DNA from: Coprobacillaceae bacterium
GTDB lineage: Bacteria > Bacillota_I > Bacilli_A > Erysipelotrichales > Coprobacillaceae
Length of the DNA stretch: 32,000 nucleotides
Assembly: GCA_963675915.1 (NCBI GenBank)
Contig: OY780959.1
Span: 960,001 to 992,000 of the forward strand
Reading direction: 5' to 3'
Shown: piece by piece, positions 17,967 through 26,295 of the stretch
Numbering within the stretch: the stretch's first letter is position 1
How the letters are laid out: each line of letters starts with the position of its first letter
Translations under genes and position numbers: made by a program
Notes under the pieces: model-generated
Seen by the model: only the letters and a program-made list of their open reading frames with translations
What the model was told of the DNA's origin: nothing
Database searches by the model: none

Positions 17967-18055
17967 CAATTATTGCATTTGAATTTGATAATGAGGTTTT
18001 AAACCCGTTTAAGTGGTTGGTTCGTTCTTAAATAAGCCTTGTTTTTAGTTCAATC

Positions 18056-18079
18056 AAAAAAAGACTCCAAGGAGTCTTT
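18056..18079 (-). terminator. rho-independent terminator of the MFS exporter gene
   Basis: AAAGACTC-CAAG-GAGTCTTT. On the minus strand it is followed by T7, 15 nt after stop 18094. Confidence 0.8.
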
Positions 18080-18093
18080 AAGTGTAAGTATTA

Positions 18094-19272
18094 CTAATGC
18101 CCAGCCATCGCAGCCTTGATTCGTTGTTCCGCTTTAGTGACCAGAATCATGGCAATCATACCAACCACGAAAATAATCAACGAACTGTTGAAGAAAATCT
18201 GGTTGGTCGGCATGGTTTCAATCAGTCGCCCATTTAGATTGGTGCCAATCGCTCCCCCGACAAACATATTGAACGAAGCCAGCGACATCGCCGTTCCCCG
18301 CATCTGAGGCAAAACCGCTTGAGCGGTATTGATCAAAGTAGATTGCAAGGTGATAAAGGCCATCCCAAAGCCCAGCAGCCCCAAAGCCACCAAAGCGACC
18401 TGATCAAACCGGGAAATCAGTTGCAGCGAAATCAGTCCGACCACGCCCGCCACCAACAGGACTCTGGTTCCGATTTTCAGTTTCAGTTTCGGTACGATCC
18501 TTCCTCCAGCTACAGTTCCAATTCCAAACAAAGCCAGAATCAATCCGACAATAAAGACATTATAACCGGTATTTTGGGTAATCAAGGTTCCTGAGTAAGT
18601 GAAACTGCCAAAGACTGAAAACCCTAATAGAAATACTGTCGTGACAATCATCATGAAATTGCGGTTGCCAAGTGGTTTTTTATAGAACCCAATCAAATCC
18701 AGCTGTTCGACCACCGGTTGATCCCGTTCCAGGACTTTAAACATGACCAAGGCCACCACCATTTCAGCCAAACCGTAAGCAAAATAAACCATTCGCCAAG
18801 AACCGTAATAAGAGAGCACACCCCCGATAATGGTGGCCATGGCTCCGCCTAAAAACATAATTCCCATAACTTTAGCCAAGGCCTTGTGGCGGTTGGCATT
18901 GTCAAAACTTTGACCGACCAAAGCCATCGTAACCGGAAAGATTCCGGCGGCAAAAGCTCCATTGACGGCTCTTAAAAATACCAGTGAAGGCAGATTGAAG
19001 GCGAAGATTCCCAGCATTGAGAAAATCGCGGTTCCAATTGAAGCGATATTGATGATTTTAACTTTGCCAAAGCGATCCGACAAGGGACCAAAGAGCAAGG
19101 TGAAGGCTCCAAATGAGAGCATGTAGGCAGTAACCGAGATGGCTGCCGCACTGATGGAAATGTTGAGATCCTGAGCGATCTTGATTACCAGTAGTGCAGC
19201 CGCATAGTTGTCCCCATTGGCTAGAAAGGCCATCAATCCCAAAATCAGGATCATTCGATTTTGTGTTTTCAT
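18094..19272 (-). CDS. MFS transporter, DHA1-type drug/H+ antiporter-like
   Basis: 12 TM helices. Motif A GPLSDRFGK lies between TM2 and TM3. AGGGGAG SD 8 nt upstream. Confidence 0.85.
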   Translation of the reverse strand: MKTQNRMILILGLMAFLANGDNYAAALLVIKIAQDLNISISAAAISVTAYMLSFGAFTLLFGPLSDRFGKVKIINIASIGTAIFSMLGIFAFNLPSLVFLRAVNGAFAAGIFPVTMALVGQSFDNANRHKALAKVMGIMFLGGAMATIIGGVLSYYGSWRMVYFAYGLAEMVVALVMFKVLERDQPVVEQLDLIGFYKKPLGNRNFMMIVTTVFLLGFSVFGSFTYSGTLITQNTGYNVFIVGLILALFGIGTVAGGRIVPKLKLKIGTRVLLVAGVVGLISLQLISRFDQVALVALGLLGFGMAFITLQSTLINTAQAVLPQMRGTAMSLASFNMFVGGAIGTNLNGRLIETMPTNQIFFNSSLIIFVVGMIAMILVTKAEQRIKAAMAGH

Positions 19273-19507
19273 AGATAATTCTCCCCTTTTTACAATTATT
19301 GATCTTCGCGATCAGATTATCTGGCTTCTGGGACCGGATTTTCACATCGATAGATTTCAATGGGTCCATTGTAGTGCTTATATCGATGATTGTCAATATA
19401 TATGAACATATTTCTCAAAAGTTACAAACTATCCCGCTTTAAATTAAAATGTTACGGTAATTAAGGCAATTATTGTCTCAGTAGTCTGGCTTTGATTTGA
19501 GGTTAAC

Positions 19508-19533
19508 ACAAAAGACCGGCGGGTACCGGTCCT
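19508..19533 (-). terminator. rho-independent terminator of USP gene 2
   Basis: On the minus strand, GGACCGG-TACCCG-CCGGTCT is followed by TTTGTGTT. Confidence 0.65.
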
Positions 19534-19558
19534 TGTTTATAGTAATAGCTTTGAAATT

Positions 19559-20422
19559 TTACTCTTCATCTCGTTTATGAGGAATCAGCAGGATGGCCGC
19601 ATTGGCATGACGGACCAGGTTGTGCGAGAGGCTGCCCAGGTAGATTTCCTTGACAAAGCCGCGCCCTTGGGTTCCCATCACCACCAGGGAAACGTCATTG
19701 CTGTCAATGAACTTGAGCACCCGTTGCGATGGAGTCCCATCCATGACCTTGATGTCGACATTTTCAAAATTGAGATCCGCCAGTTCCGCTTTCATTTGTT
19801 CCAAAGAAACGGTTGAAAGCCGGCGGAAGTCTTCCATTGGCCGGTTGAGATATGGTTCCATCCAGGATTTCTTCATCACAGTCACCAGCGAGATTTTCCC
19901 GATGCCCAGCACCAACAATTCCCTGAGTTTTTCATAAGCCAGGGTGGCATTTTTAGAAAAGTCAGTCGGCAAGAGCACATGTTTTAACAGCGGCTCGTCG
20001 TCATCGGATTCATCGTCGGTCTTGAGGACGAGAATCGGGATTTTGGCTTTATGGATCACATCATAAACCACCCCACCGGAAAGGAATTCTCCGACCAGGG
20101 TATGCTTTTCGGTTCCAACCACAATCATCGAATAGCCTTCGTCATGAGCAATCTTGCTCAGTTCGGCTTGGATATTACCGGCAATGAACCGTTTGGTGGT
20201 CACCACAAAACCTTCTTCGCTTAGAATCTTAACCTGTTTTTCCATGGTATCATTCAAATAATCGCTGAAGTGCAGCGACATCGCTGATATTTCTTCATAA
20301 CTGGAAAGACATTGGGTCAGCAGGCATTCCTTGACCCCGAGTTGTTTCAATTGTTTGGCTTTTTTGACTAACTGCATTTCACTAAAAGGTATTTGAGCTA
20401 CTATGATAACTTTATCAAACAC
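19559..20422 (-). CDS. universal stress protein, tandem Usp domains (paralogue 2)
   Basis: Collinear with 9573..10430 at roughly half identical residues by eye. The ORF opens at ATG 20467 without a good SD. GTG 20422 (VFDKVIIVAQ) has AAGAGGAG 8 nt upstream and corresponds exactly to the start context of paralogue 1, so the start is uncertain (20422 or 20467). Confidence 0.8.
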   Translation of the reverse strand: MFDKVIIVAQIPFSEMQLVKKAKQLKQLGVKECLLTQCLSSYEEISAMSLHFSDYLNDTMEKQVKILSEEGFVVTTKRFIAGNIQAELSKIAHDEGYSMIVVGTEKHTLVGEFLSGGVVYDVIHKAKIPILVLKTDDESDDDEPLLKHVLLPTDFSKNATLAYEKLRELLVLGIGKISLVTVMKKSWMEPYLNRPMEDFRRLSTVSLEQMKAELADLNFENVDIKVMDGTPSQRVLKFIDSNDVSLVVMGTQGRGFVKEIYLGSLSHNLVRHANAAILLIPHKRDEE

Positions 20423-20673
20423 ATCAATCACTCCTCTTTCATTTTCACTGTAAATTGATCGTTCCATTATGATGATAATTTTCCATTACTGCAAAAAAGC
20501 CGCCCGAAACTTCCGGGATCATCCAATCATATTGATTAGTTGTTTATATACTATAATTTTATTCTTAATCAACATATTAGTCAAATTATATCCCTTTAAA
20601 TACTAACGAATCATGATTTGAAACCTTATTCCCGTCATTCAGGGCCTAAAGGGCTGATTTACCGTTTTTTTGT

Positions 20674-20702
20674 TTGTAATGACCGGCCGCTCATTATATA
20701 AT
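20674..20702 (+). promoter_or_regulatory. candidate sigma-A promoter of the thioesterase gene
   Basis: TTGTAA - 17 nt - TATAAT, ~45 nt upstream of ATG 20748. Confidence 0.45.
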
Positions 20703-20747
20703 AAGCCAAGACGCGTCAGCTTTAATGCAGTCAAGGAGGATTAGACA

Positions 20748-21203
20748 ATGGATGAAACCATTATTGAAAATTTGAAGCAGCCCTATCTTCACAATGTCAA
20801 ATATTACGAAACCGACAAGATGAAAATAACCCACCATTCCAACTACATCCGTTGGATGGAGGAAGCTCGGATTGACTGGCTGGAACAAATCGGACATGGT
20901 TACGACAAACTGGAGGATTCCGGGATCATCTCTCCGGTAGTCAGCGTATCCTGCAGATACTTGCGCTCAACCACTTTCAACGACAATATCGCCATCACCA
21001 CCAGGCTGGTCAAGTACACCGGAGTCAAGTTTGCCATCGAGTATGAAATGGTCAATCTGGCTGACAATCAAACCTGCGCTGTCGGCTTGTCGGAACACTG
21101 TTTCACCAAGGCGACCGGGATGCCGATCTCGATCAAAAAAAATCATCGCGAACTCGATGCGACCTTCAGGTCCCTGCTGACTGGTTCTAGCTTGGCCAAA
21201 TAA
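20748..21203 (+). CDS. acyl-CoA thioesterase, 4HBT/YbgC-FadM hotdog family
   Basis: HNVKYYETDKMKITHHSNYIRWMEEARIDWLEQIG is the typical hotdog-fold thioesterase N-terminus with its catalytic Asp context. AAGGAGG SD. Confidence 0.85.
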   Translation: MDETIIENLKQPYLHNVKYYETDKMKITHHSNYIRWMEEARIDWLEQIGHGYDKLEDSGIISPVVSVSCRYLRSTTFNDNIAITTRLVKYTGVKFAIEYEMVNLADNQTCAVGLSEHCFTKATGMPISIKKNHRELDATFRSLLTGSSLAK

Positions 21204-21236
21204 GCTCTAAATTGCCCCAAACAACTGGATCACCGC

Positions 21237-21268
21237 TAAAAAGAACCATCAGCCGATGGTTCTTTTAT
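21237..21268. terminator. bidirectional terminator (thioesterase / rmlB convergent pair)
   Basis: A5-GAACCATC-AGCC-GATGGTTC-TTTTAT: a perfect 8-bp stem flanked by an A-run and a T-run. Confidence 0.8.
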
Positions 21269-21298
21269 CATTCATTATTATTAAGTTTGCCCCCTTGA

Positions 21299-22321
21299 TC
21301 AAAGCCTCTTGGCATACATCTTGGCAAAGTAATTCTGGTATTCGCCCGAAAGGATGTTTTGCCACCAATCCTGATGGTCGAGATACCACTGGATTGTCTG
21401 CTTGATTCCGGTGTCGAAATTATATTTTGGTTGCCATCCCAATTCAGTTTCCAGTTTGGTCGGATCGATGGCATAACGGCGGTCATGACCCTTGCGGTCT
21501 TCGACAAACTGGATCAGCGTTTCCGGCTTATTTAACTGGTTAAGGATTGTTTTGACAACTTCCAAGTTGGTCCGCTCATTGTGCCCTCCGACATTGTAGA
21601 CTTCGCCAACCCGGCCCTGATGGATGATCAAATCGATTGCCACGCAGTGGTCATAGACATGGAGCCAGTCGCGGACATTGTCACCGGTGCCGTAAACCGG
21701 CAGCGGTTCATCAGCCAAAGCTCGGGAAATCATCAAGGGAATCAGTTTTTCCGGGAAGTGATATGGTCCATAGTTGTTCGAACAACGGGAAATGGTCACC
21801 GGCAAGCCATAAGTCCGGTAGTAAGCCAAAACGAACAGATCCGCGCTGGCTTTGGAACTTGAATAGGGACTTGAGGTATGAAGCGGAGTTGTTTCCGTGA
21901 AATAAAGATCCGGCCGGTCCAGCGGCAAATCGCCGTAGACTTCATCAGTGGATACCTGATGGTAGCGTTTGATTCCGTACTTGTTGCAGGCATCAAGCAA
22001 AGTCGTGGTTCCCATCACATTGGTCTTGACGAAGATCTCCGGATCCTCGATTGAACGGTCAACATGGGATTCGGCTGCAAAATTGACAACTATGTCAAAA
22101 TGTTCCTGCTCGAACAGGTCGAAGATGAACTTGCGGTCGGCGATGTCCCCTTTGACAAACCGATAGTTGGGCTGACCTTCCACCTTCTTGCAGGTTTCCA
22201 GATTCCCGGCATATGTCAGTAGATCCAAATTGACAATCTGATCTTCCGGATATTTTTCAACCAGATAGTGGACAAAGTTGCCCCCGATAAAACCGGCCCC
22301 GCCGGTTATTAATATTTTCAT
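21299..22321 (-). CDS. rfbB: dTDP-glucose 4,6-dehydratase
   Basis: MKILITGGAGFIGGNF (Rossmann GxxGxxG), the YSSSKASAD catalytic YxxxK, and DRRYAID near the C-terminus. ATG 22321 has an AAGGAGAG SD; the ORF extension to 22369 is unlikely to be translated. Confidence 0.9.
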   Translation of the reverse strand: MKILITGGAGFIGGNFVHYLVEKYPEDQIVNLDLLTYAGNLETCKKVEGQPNYRFVKGDIADRKFIFDLFEQEHFDIVVNFAAESHVDRSIEDPEIFVKTNVMGTTTLLDACNKYGIKRYHQVSTDEVYGDLPLDRPDLYFTETTPLHTSSPYSSSKASADLFVLAYYRTYGLPVTISRCSNNYGPYHFPEKLIPLMISRALADEPLPVYGTGDNVRDWLHVYDHCVAIDLIIHQGRVGEVYNVGGHNERTNLEVVKTILNQLNKPETLIQFVEDRKGHDRRYAIDPTKLETELGWQPKYNFDTGIKQTIQWYLDHQDWWQNILSGEYQNYFAKMYAKRL

Positions 22322-22408
22322 TATTACTCTCCTTGATATTATGTTAAATGCAAACCGGACTGACTTCAATCCGGGTGCTTATCTTTCAATCGCGATGCTC
22401 AAATCAGC

Positions 22409-23287
22409 CTAAACCAGGTACTTGCCTTCAAGGACATCCTGCAGATAAGCTCCGTATTGGTTTTTCTTGTACAATTCGATTGCCGCCTCCATTTTGGCCT
22501 GGTCGATCCAGCCACTTAGGTAGGCAATTTCTTCAAGACAGGCAATCTTATGGTTTTGATTATTTTCAACCGTACAGACAAAATTGGTCGCTTCCACCAG
22601 CGAGTCATGAGTTCCGGTATCGAGCCAGGTAAAGCCTTTGCCCAGCAGTTCGACATCAAGTTGGCCTTTTTCAAGATAGATCTTGTTTAAATCGGTTATT
22701 TCCAGTTCCCCACGCGGTGATGGGACAATCTGCTTGGCATAATCGACCACCTTATTGTCATAGAAATACAAACCGGTTACCGCATAGTTTGATTTGGGAT
22801 GTTCCGGTTTCTCTTCGATGGAAACCGCCTCCTTTGCCTGATTGAATTCGACCACCCCGAAACGATGCGGGTCATCGACATAATAGCCAAAAACCGTGGC
22901 CCGATCCGCTTTGGCTGCTGCCGCCTTGAGCCGCTTGGTCAAACCGTGACCATTGAAGATATTGTCGCCTAGGATCATTGCACAAGAATCACCGGCAATG
23001 AAATCCTCACCTAGAATGAAGGCCTGAGCCAAGCCATCAGGACTGGGCTGCACTTTGTATGAAAGTTCAATTCCAAACTGGCTGCCATCGCCAAGAAGAT
23101 CCTGGAACCGGGGCGTGTCTTCCGGGGTTGAAATAATCAAAATTTCCCGGATGCCGGCATCCATCAGGATGCTAAGTGGATAATAAATCATCGGTTTGTC
23201 ATAAACCGGCAATAACTGCTTGCTTGTAACTTGGGTCAGGGGATACAGCCTTGTTCCGCTGCCTCCAGCCAATACGATTCCCTTCAT
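22409..23287 (-). CDS. rfbA: glucose-1-phosphate thymidylyltransferase
   Basis: [44 protein letters not shown] and LGDNIF form the canonical RmlA sequence pattern. GGAGGA SD. Confidence 0.9.
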   Translation of the reverse strand: MKGIVLAGGSGTRLYPLTQVTSKQLLPVYDKPMIYYPLSILMDAGIREILIISTPEDTPRFQDLLGDGSQFGIELSYKVQPSPDGLAQAFILGEDFIAGDSCAMILGDNIFNGHGLTKRLKAAAAKADRATVFGYYVDDPHRFGVVEFNQAKEAVSIEEKPEHPKSNYAVTGLYFYDNKVVDYAKQIVPSPRGELEITDLNKIYLEKGQLDVELLGKGFTWLDTGTHDSLVEATNFVCTVENNQNHKIACLEEIAYLSGWIDQAKMEAAIELYKKNQYGAYLQDVLEGKYLV

Positions 23288-23323
23288 CGTTGTTCCTCCA
23301 GATTTTTTATTGTAAGTGCTTTA

Positions 23324-23352
23324 ATTATAGCACAATATTAGACATTTGTCCT
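23324..23352 (-). promoter_or_regulatory. candidate promoter of rfbA-rfbB
   Basis: The minus strand reads AGGACA - 17 nt - TATAAT with an extended TGC (TGCTATAAT), ~40 nt upstream of ATG 23287. Confidence 0.45.
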
Positions 23353-23437
23353 TAATTTCTCGGTTCTTCCCGGCCTTTTTTGGCCGGGATCGACCTGTCC
23401 TGAAAACCTTGGTTTGCCCTTGTCGTTTGACTCTTGT

Positions 23438-23503
23438 AAAAAAAAGAACAGGCAGTTGTCTGATTTTGCAGTTGCCTTGAAATCAGTTGCCTGGTTCTTT
23501 TTT
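23438..23503 (-). terminator. long composite rho-independent terminator of the LCP gene
   Basis: The minus strand reads AGAACCAGGCAACTGATTT...AAATCAGACAACTGCCTGTTCT followed by T8. The imperfect ~20-bp stem is flanked by A8/T6 and begins 15 nt after stop 23518. Confidence 0.75.
23453..23491. repeat. three tandem direct copies of CAGTTG(T/C)C at 15-16 nt spacing
   Basis: CAGTTGTC at 23453-23460, CAGTTGCC at 23469-23476 and CAGTTGCC at 23484-23491. The same octamer recurs in other spacers (see findings). Confidence 0.7.
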
Positions 23504-23517
23504 ATTTTATCTGGTTA

Positions 23518-24969
23518 TTAGAGATTAGGTGTTCCGCCATCCTCGACAATTTCGATATTGGCTGATGCCGCATCGATCGAAGCTTGATTTGGAATCATTA
23601 CATATAGATTATAACCCGGCATCGAATATGTTTTTGTGGAATGTGATCCCGACCCACTGAGATATTGATGCTCGATATTCCATGACTCATTGTTGTTAAG
23701 CTGTTCTTTGACCAGCGAAGTGACCACATCGGTTGGAATATTGGTCTGGCATGATTTCATCACGACATCCAAGAGGCTGGTGTAATTGGTCAAAATCGCC
23801 GGTGACATCGCTTTGTTCAGGATTCCTGTAAGAATAGTCTGTTGATTCTTGATTCGTTGGTTGTCACCATTGGTATAGGCGTAACGCTCTCTGGCGTAGA
23901 CTAACGCTTTGGCCCCGTTCATCTCAATCTGTCCGACTGGGTAAGAGTAACCGCGGTTGCTAAACGCAATGCTGTTGTAGATTGAAATCCCACCCAAGGC
24001 ATCAATGATTTTGATCAGGGAGGTGAAGTTTACTCTTACATAATAGTCGATATCAATATCGAGGAAATCTTCAGCTGTCGTGATTGTTTCATTGATGCCG
24101 TAGACTCCCGAGTGGGTGAACTTGTCTTTGACCCCGAATGAATGCAAGGTTACATAGTAATCACGCGGAATACTGGTCAAAAGAATCTCATGGGTCTTGG
24201 TATTGACCGTCATCACCATATTGACATCCGAACGGGAAACCGTATTGATTGATCCCGAGGTGTCGATTCCGGAGATGAAAACAGAGAATGAGTTGCCGTC
24301 TTCTTCTTCCACTTGTACCGGTTCTTCTTCCACTACTTCCGGTTCTTCGATTTGCTCCTGGAATTCGTAAGTGTCGATTACCCGGGTTTCATTTTGATAA
24401 TTGGAATGAAGGACTTCCAGGAAACCTTCATACGCCTCATCAAGAATGATAGCGTCGCAGTTGCCATTATATAAATCATCAACCAATTGTTGATAAGTGG
24501 TGACTTCCTGAAAATCGAAATCATATTCTTTTTGAAGCTGCTCCACATACTGACCGTTGTATTCAGTGGTGGTCTGGTTGGAATATTCAACCACTTTTCC
24601 TGTCAAGTCCTCAAGCTCGAGAACTTCACTTTCATCAAGAACCCGCATATTCAAGGTATGGGTCTGGACATTGCTGCCGGCTGTAAGCTGCTCTAAAGCC
24701 CGGTAGCTGCGGTAGAAATAGTAATTTCCCATCAACAAGGAAATATTGATGATCATGATGGCAACATCCAATAACAGCCTTGATGCCTTGCCTTGTTTCA
24801 AGCGGCGATTGGCCAAAGCGAACAAGCCGATGATAATGAATACGATCAAGACAAACAATGCCAGATATTTCGTCGGCAAAATATTCAATTTGAAAATCAG
24901 TGTCGTAATGACAATTGAAAGGATAAGTTGGACAACTAATAAAATTGTCGTAAATTTTTTGCTTTTCAA
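23518..24969 (-). CDS. LCP (LytR-CpsA-Psr) family glycopolymer transferase with extended N-terminal region
   Basis: FISGIDTSGSINTVSRSDVNMVMTVNTKTHEILLTSIPRDYYV plus VYARERY are the LCP core motifs. There is no in-frame ATG near the 5' end. TTG 24969 (KSKKFTT + TM) has an AGAGGGA SD 6 nt upstream; the ORF could extend to TTG 25044. Confidence 0.8.
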   Translation of the reverse strand: MKSKKFTTILLVVQLILSIVITTLIFKLNILPTKYLALFVLIVFIIIGLFALANRRLKQGKASRLLLDVAIMIINISLLMGNYYFYRSYRALEQLTAGSNVQTHTLNMRVLDESEVLELEDLTGKVVEYSNQTTTEYNGQYVEQLQKEYDFDFQEVTTYQQLVDDLYNGNCDAIILDEAYEGFLEVLHSNYQNETRVIDTYEFQEQIEEPEVVEEEPVQVEEEDGNSFSVFISGIDTSGSINTVSRSDVNMVMTVNTKTHEILLTSIPRDYYVTLHSFGVKDKFTHSGVYGINETITTAEDFLDIDIDYYVRVNFTSLIKIIDALGGISIYNSIAFSNRGYSYPVGQIEMNGAKALVYARERYAYTNGDNQRIKNQQTILTGILNKAMSPAILTNYTSLLDVVMKSCQTNIPTDVVTSLVKEQLNNNESWNIEHQYLSGSGSHSTKTYSMPGYNLYVMIPNQASIDAASANIEIVEDGGTPNL

Positions 24970-25246
24970 ATGATTCCCTCTTTTCTTTGCAAAATAAATT
25001 ATTCGCCAAAATATCAAAATTGTGGTCAAATAATTCAGCACCAATCCAATATTTTAACTAATTTATTTTAACACACTTGAAACAAATATGAAATAATATA
25101 TTTACACTTCGGCCAAATCAGGCCAGTATTTCATCGTTTGAATATTGGCCGTTAATCCAGTTGCCTTGCCTCACCAGGATTTCCAATTAAAACAACAACC
25201 GCCTGGATTGCCCCAGCCTCTAGGACTTCTGTTTTAAGGCAACGAA

Positions 25247-25295
25247 AAGCACAAAAAACACCCGAAAAGAAACTGCCACAGTACATTCAGGTGTT
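25247..25295 (-). terminator. probable terminator after the glycosyltransferase block
   Basis: On the minus strand, AACACCTGAA / ~19-nt loop / TTCGGGTGTT (one G-U pair) is followed by TTTTGTGCTTTT, ~100 nt after stop 25394. Confidence 0.5.
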
Positions 25296-25393
25296 GTGAT
25301 CTTGAATTTTATTGATTCATCTAGAAACCGCCTTGATCAAACAAGCATAATTTGACCGGCCTCTAGCAGTCCCGAATCAACTTAGTCAGTCTG

Positions 25394-26284
25394 CTATTGG
25401 CGTTGACCCAGTCTTTTTAGGCCAAATGCCCGCAATGCGGACGTGATATTGCCAAGCTGAAAGTCCCGTTTGGCCAGATGTTTTAGCATATACAGCAAGG
25501 AATACAGATAAGCTAGATATTTGATTGGAAAAGCAATGTTGCGCTGGACAAATAACAACCGGTTGCGGCAAAAATAATACTGATAATTGGCTGAGTACTT
25601 TTTGGTCGATACCGATTCTTTATGATAGATGATTGCCCCAGGGCAATACACCATTTTCTTGCCATGTTTAGTCAGTCTTGAGGAGTAATCCGTATCTTCA
25701 AAATATAGGAAATACTCGTCGCTTAGCAGGCCTACTTCCTTGATTGTTGAAGCCTCAAGAAGCATGCAGCAGCCATGGGCGAATGTGATTTCCCGGCTAT
25801 CATCATACTGGCCGCAATCAACTTTTCCCAATCCGTCGATTCTAACTCCGCCCTTGTAAGCGATGATGTCTCCCCCGGCATAATAGATCAGATCACGGTC
25901 ATAGTAATTCAAGATTTTCGGGCAGATGACATTTGCCTGCTCTTTTGCCAGGCATGCGACCATCACATCCAGGGCATCTTTTTCGACGGTGGTGTCATTG
26001 TTCAACAGCATCACATAATCCGCCCCTTCCTGGAGCGCCAAATTGATTCCCAGATTATTGCCACCGGCAAAACCGAGATTCTCTTCGCTGGCAATTATCT
26101 GCGCCTTGCCAGCAAGCTCTTCCAATAGAATCCGATCATCCGGGTTCGAGCAGTTATCGACTACAATCACCCTGATATTATCGTAGGATGACTGCTGGAG
26201 ATTGTTCACCATTTCAACCGTATGGATCGCGCTATTGTAATTTATGGTGATTACATATAAAAGTGGTCTGTCTCTAACTTCCAT
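25394..26284 (-). CDS. glycosyltransferase family 2 (WbbL-like, rhamnosyltransferase-type)
   Basis: LLYVITINYNSAIHT, VIVVDNCSNPDD, GFAGGNNLGI and MLLNNDT form the GT-A/DxD pattern of COG1216-type GT2 enzymes. Confidence 0.8.
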   Translation of the reverse strand: MEVRDRPLLYVITINYNSAIHTVEMVNNLQQSSYDNIRVIVVDNCSNPDDRILLEELAGKAQIIASEENLGFAGGNNLGINLALQEGADYVMLLNNDTTVEKDALDVMVACLAKEQANVICPKILNYYDRDLIYYAGGDIIAYKGGVRIDGLGKVDCGQYDDSREITFAHGCCMLLEASTIKEVGLLSDEYFLYFEDTDYSSRLTKHGKKMVYCPGAIIYHKESVSTKKYSANYQYYFCRNRLLFVQRNIAFPIKYLAYLYSLLYMLKHLAKRDFQLGNITSALRAFGLKRLGQRQ

Positions 26285-26295
26285 AAAACCCTCAC

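Noticed and set aside
19300-19314. Inverted repeat TGATC-N5-GATCA about 30 nt upstream of the MFS exporter start codon, a possible operator.
   Set aside because: Each arm is only 5 bp, there is no adjacent TetR/MarR-type regulator gene, and it lies between the probable promoter and the SD, where chance palindromes are common.
21268-21507. 79-codon minus-strand ORF overlapping the 3' end of rfbB and extending into the terminator region.
   Set aside because: It is an out-of-frame overlap with the well-supported rfbB CDS and runs through the bidirectional terminator hairpin. It has no SD.
23379-23398. Perfect GC-rich hairpin CCCGGCC-TTTTTT-GGCCGGG between the LCP terminator and the rfbA promoter.
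   Set aside because: No U-run follows it on either strand, so it is not a canonical terminator. It occurs once, in a spacer already explained by a terminator and a promoter. I kept it as a note only.
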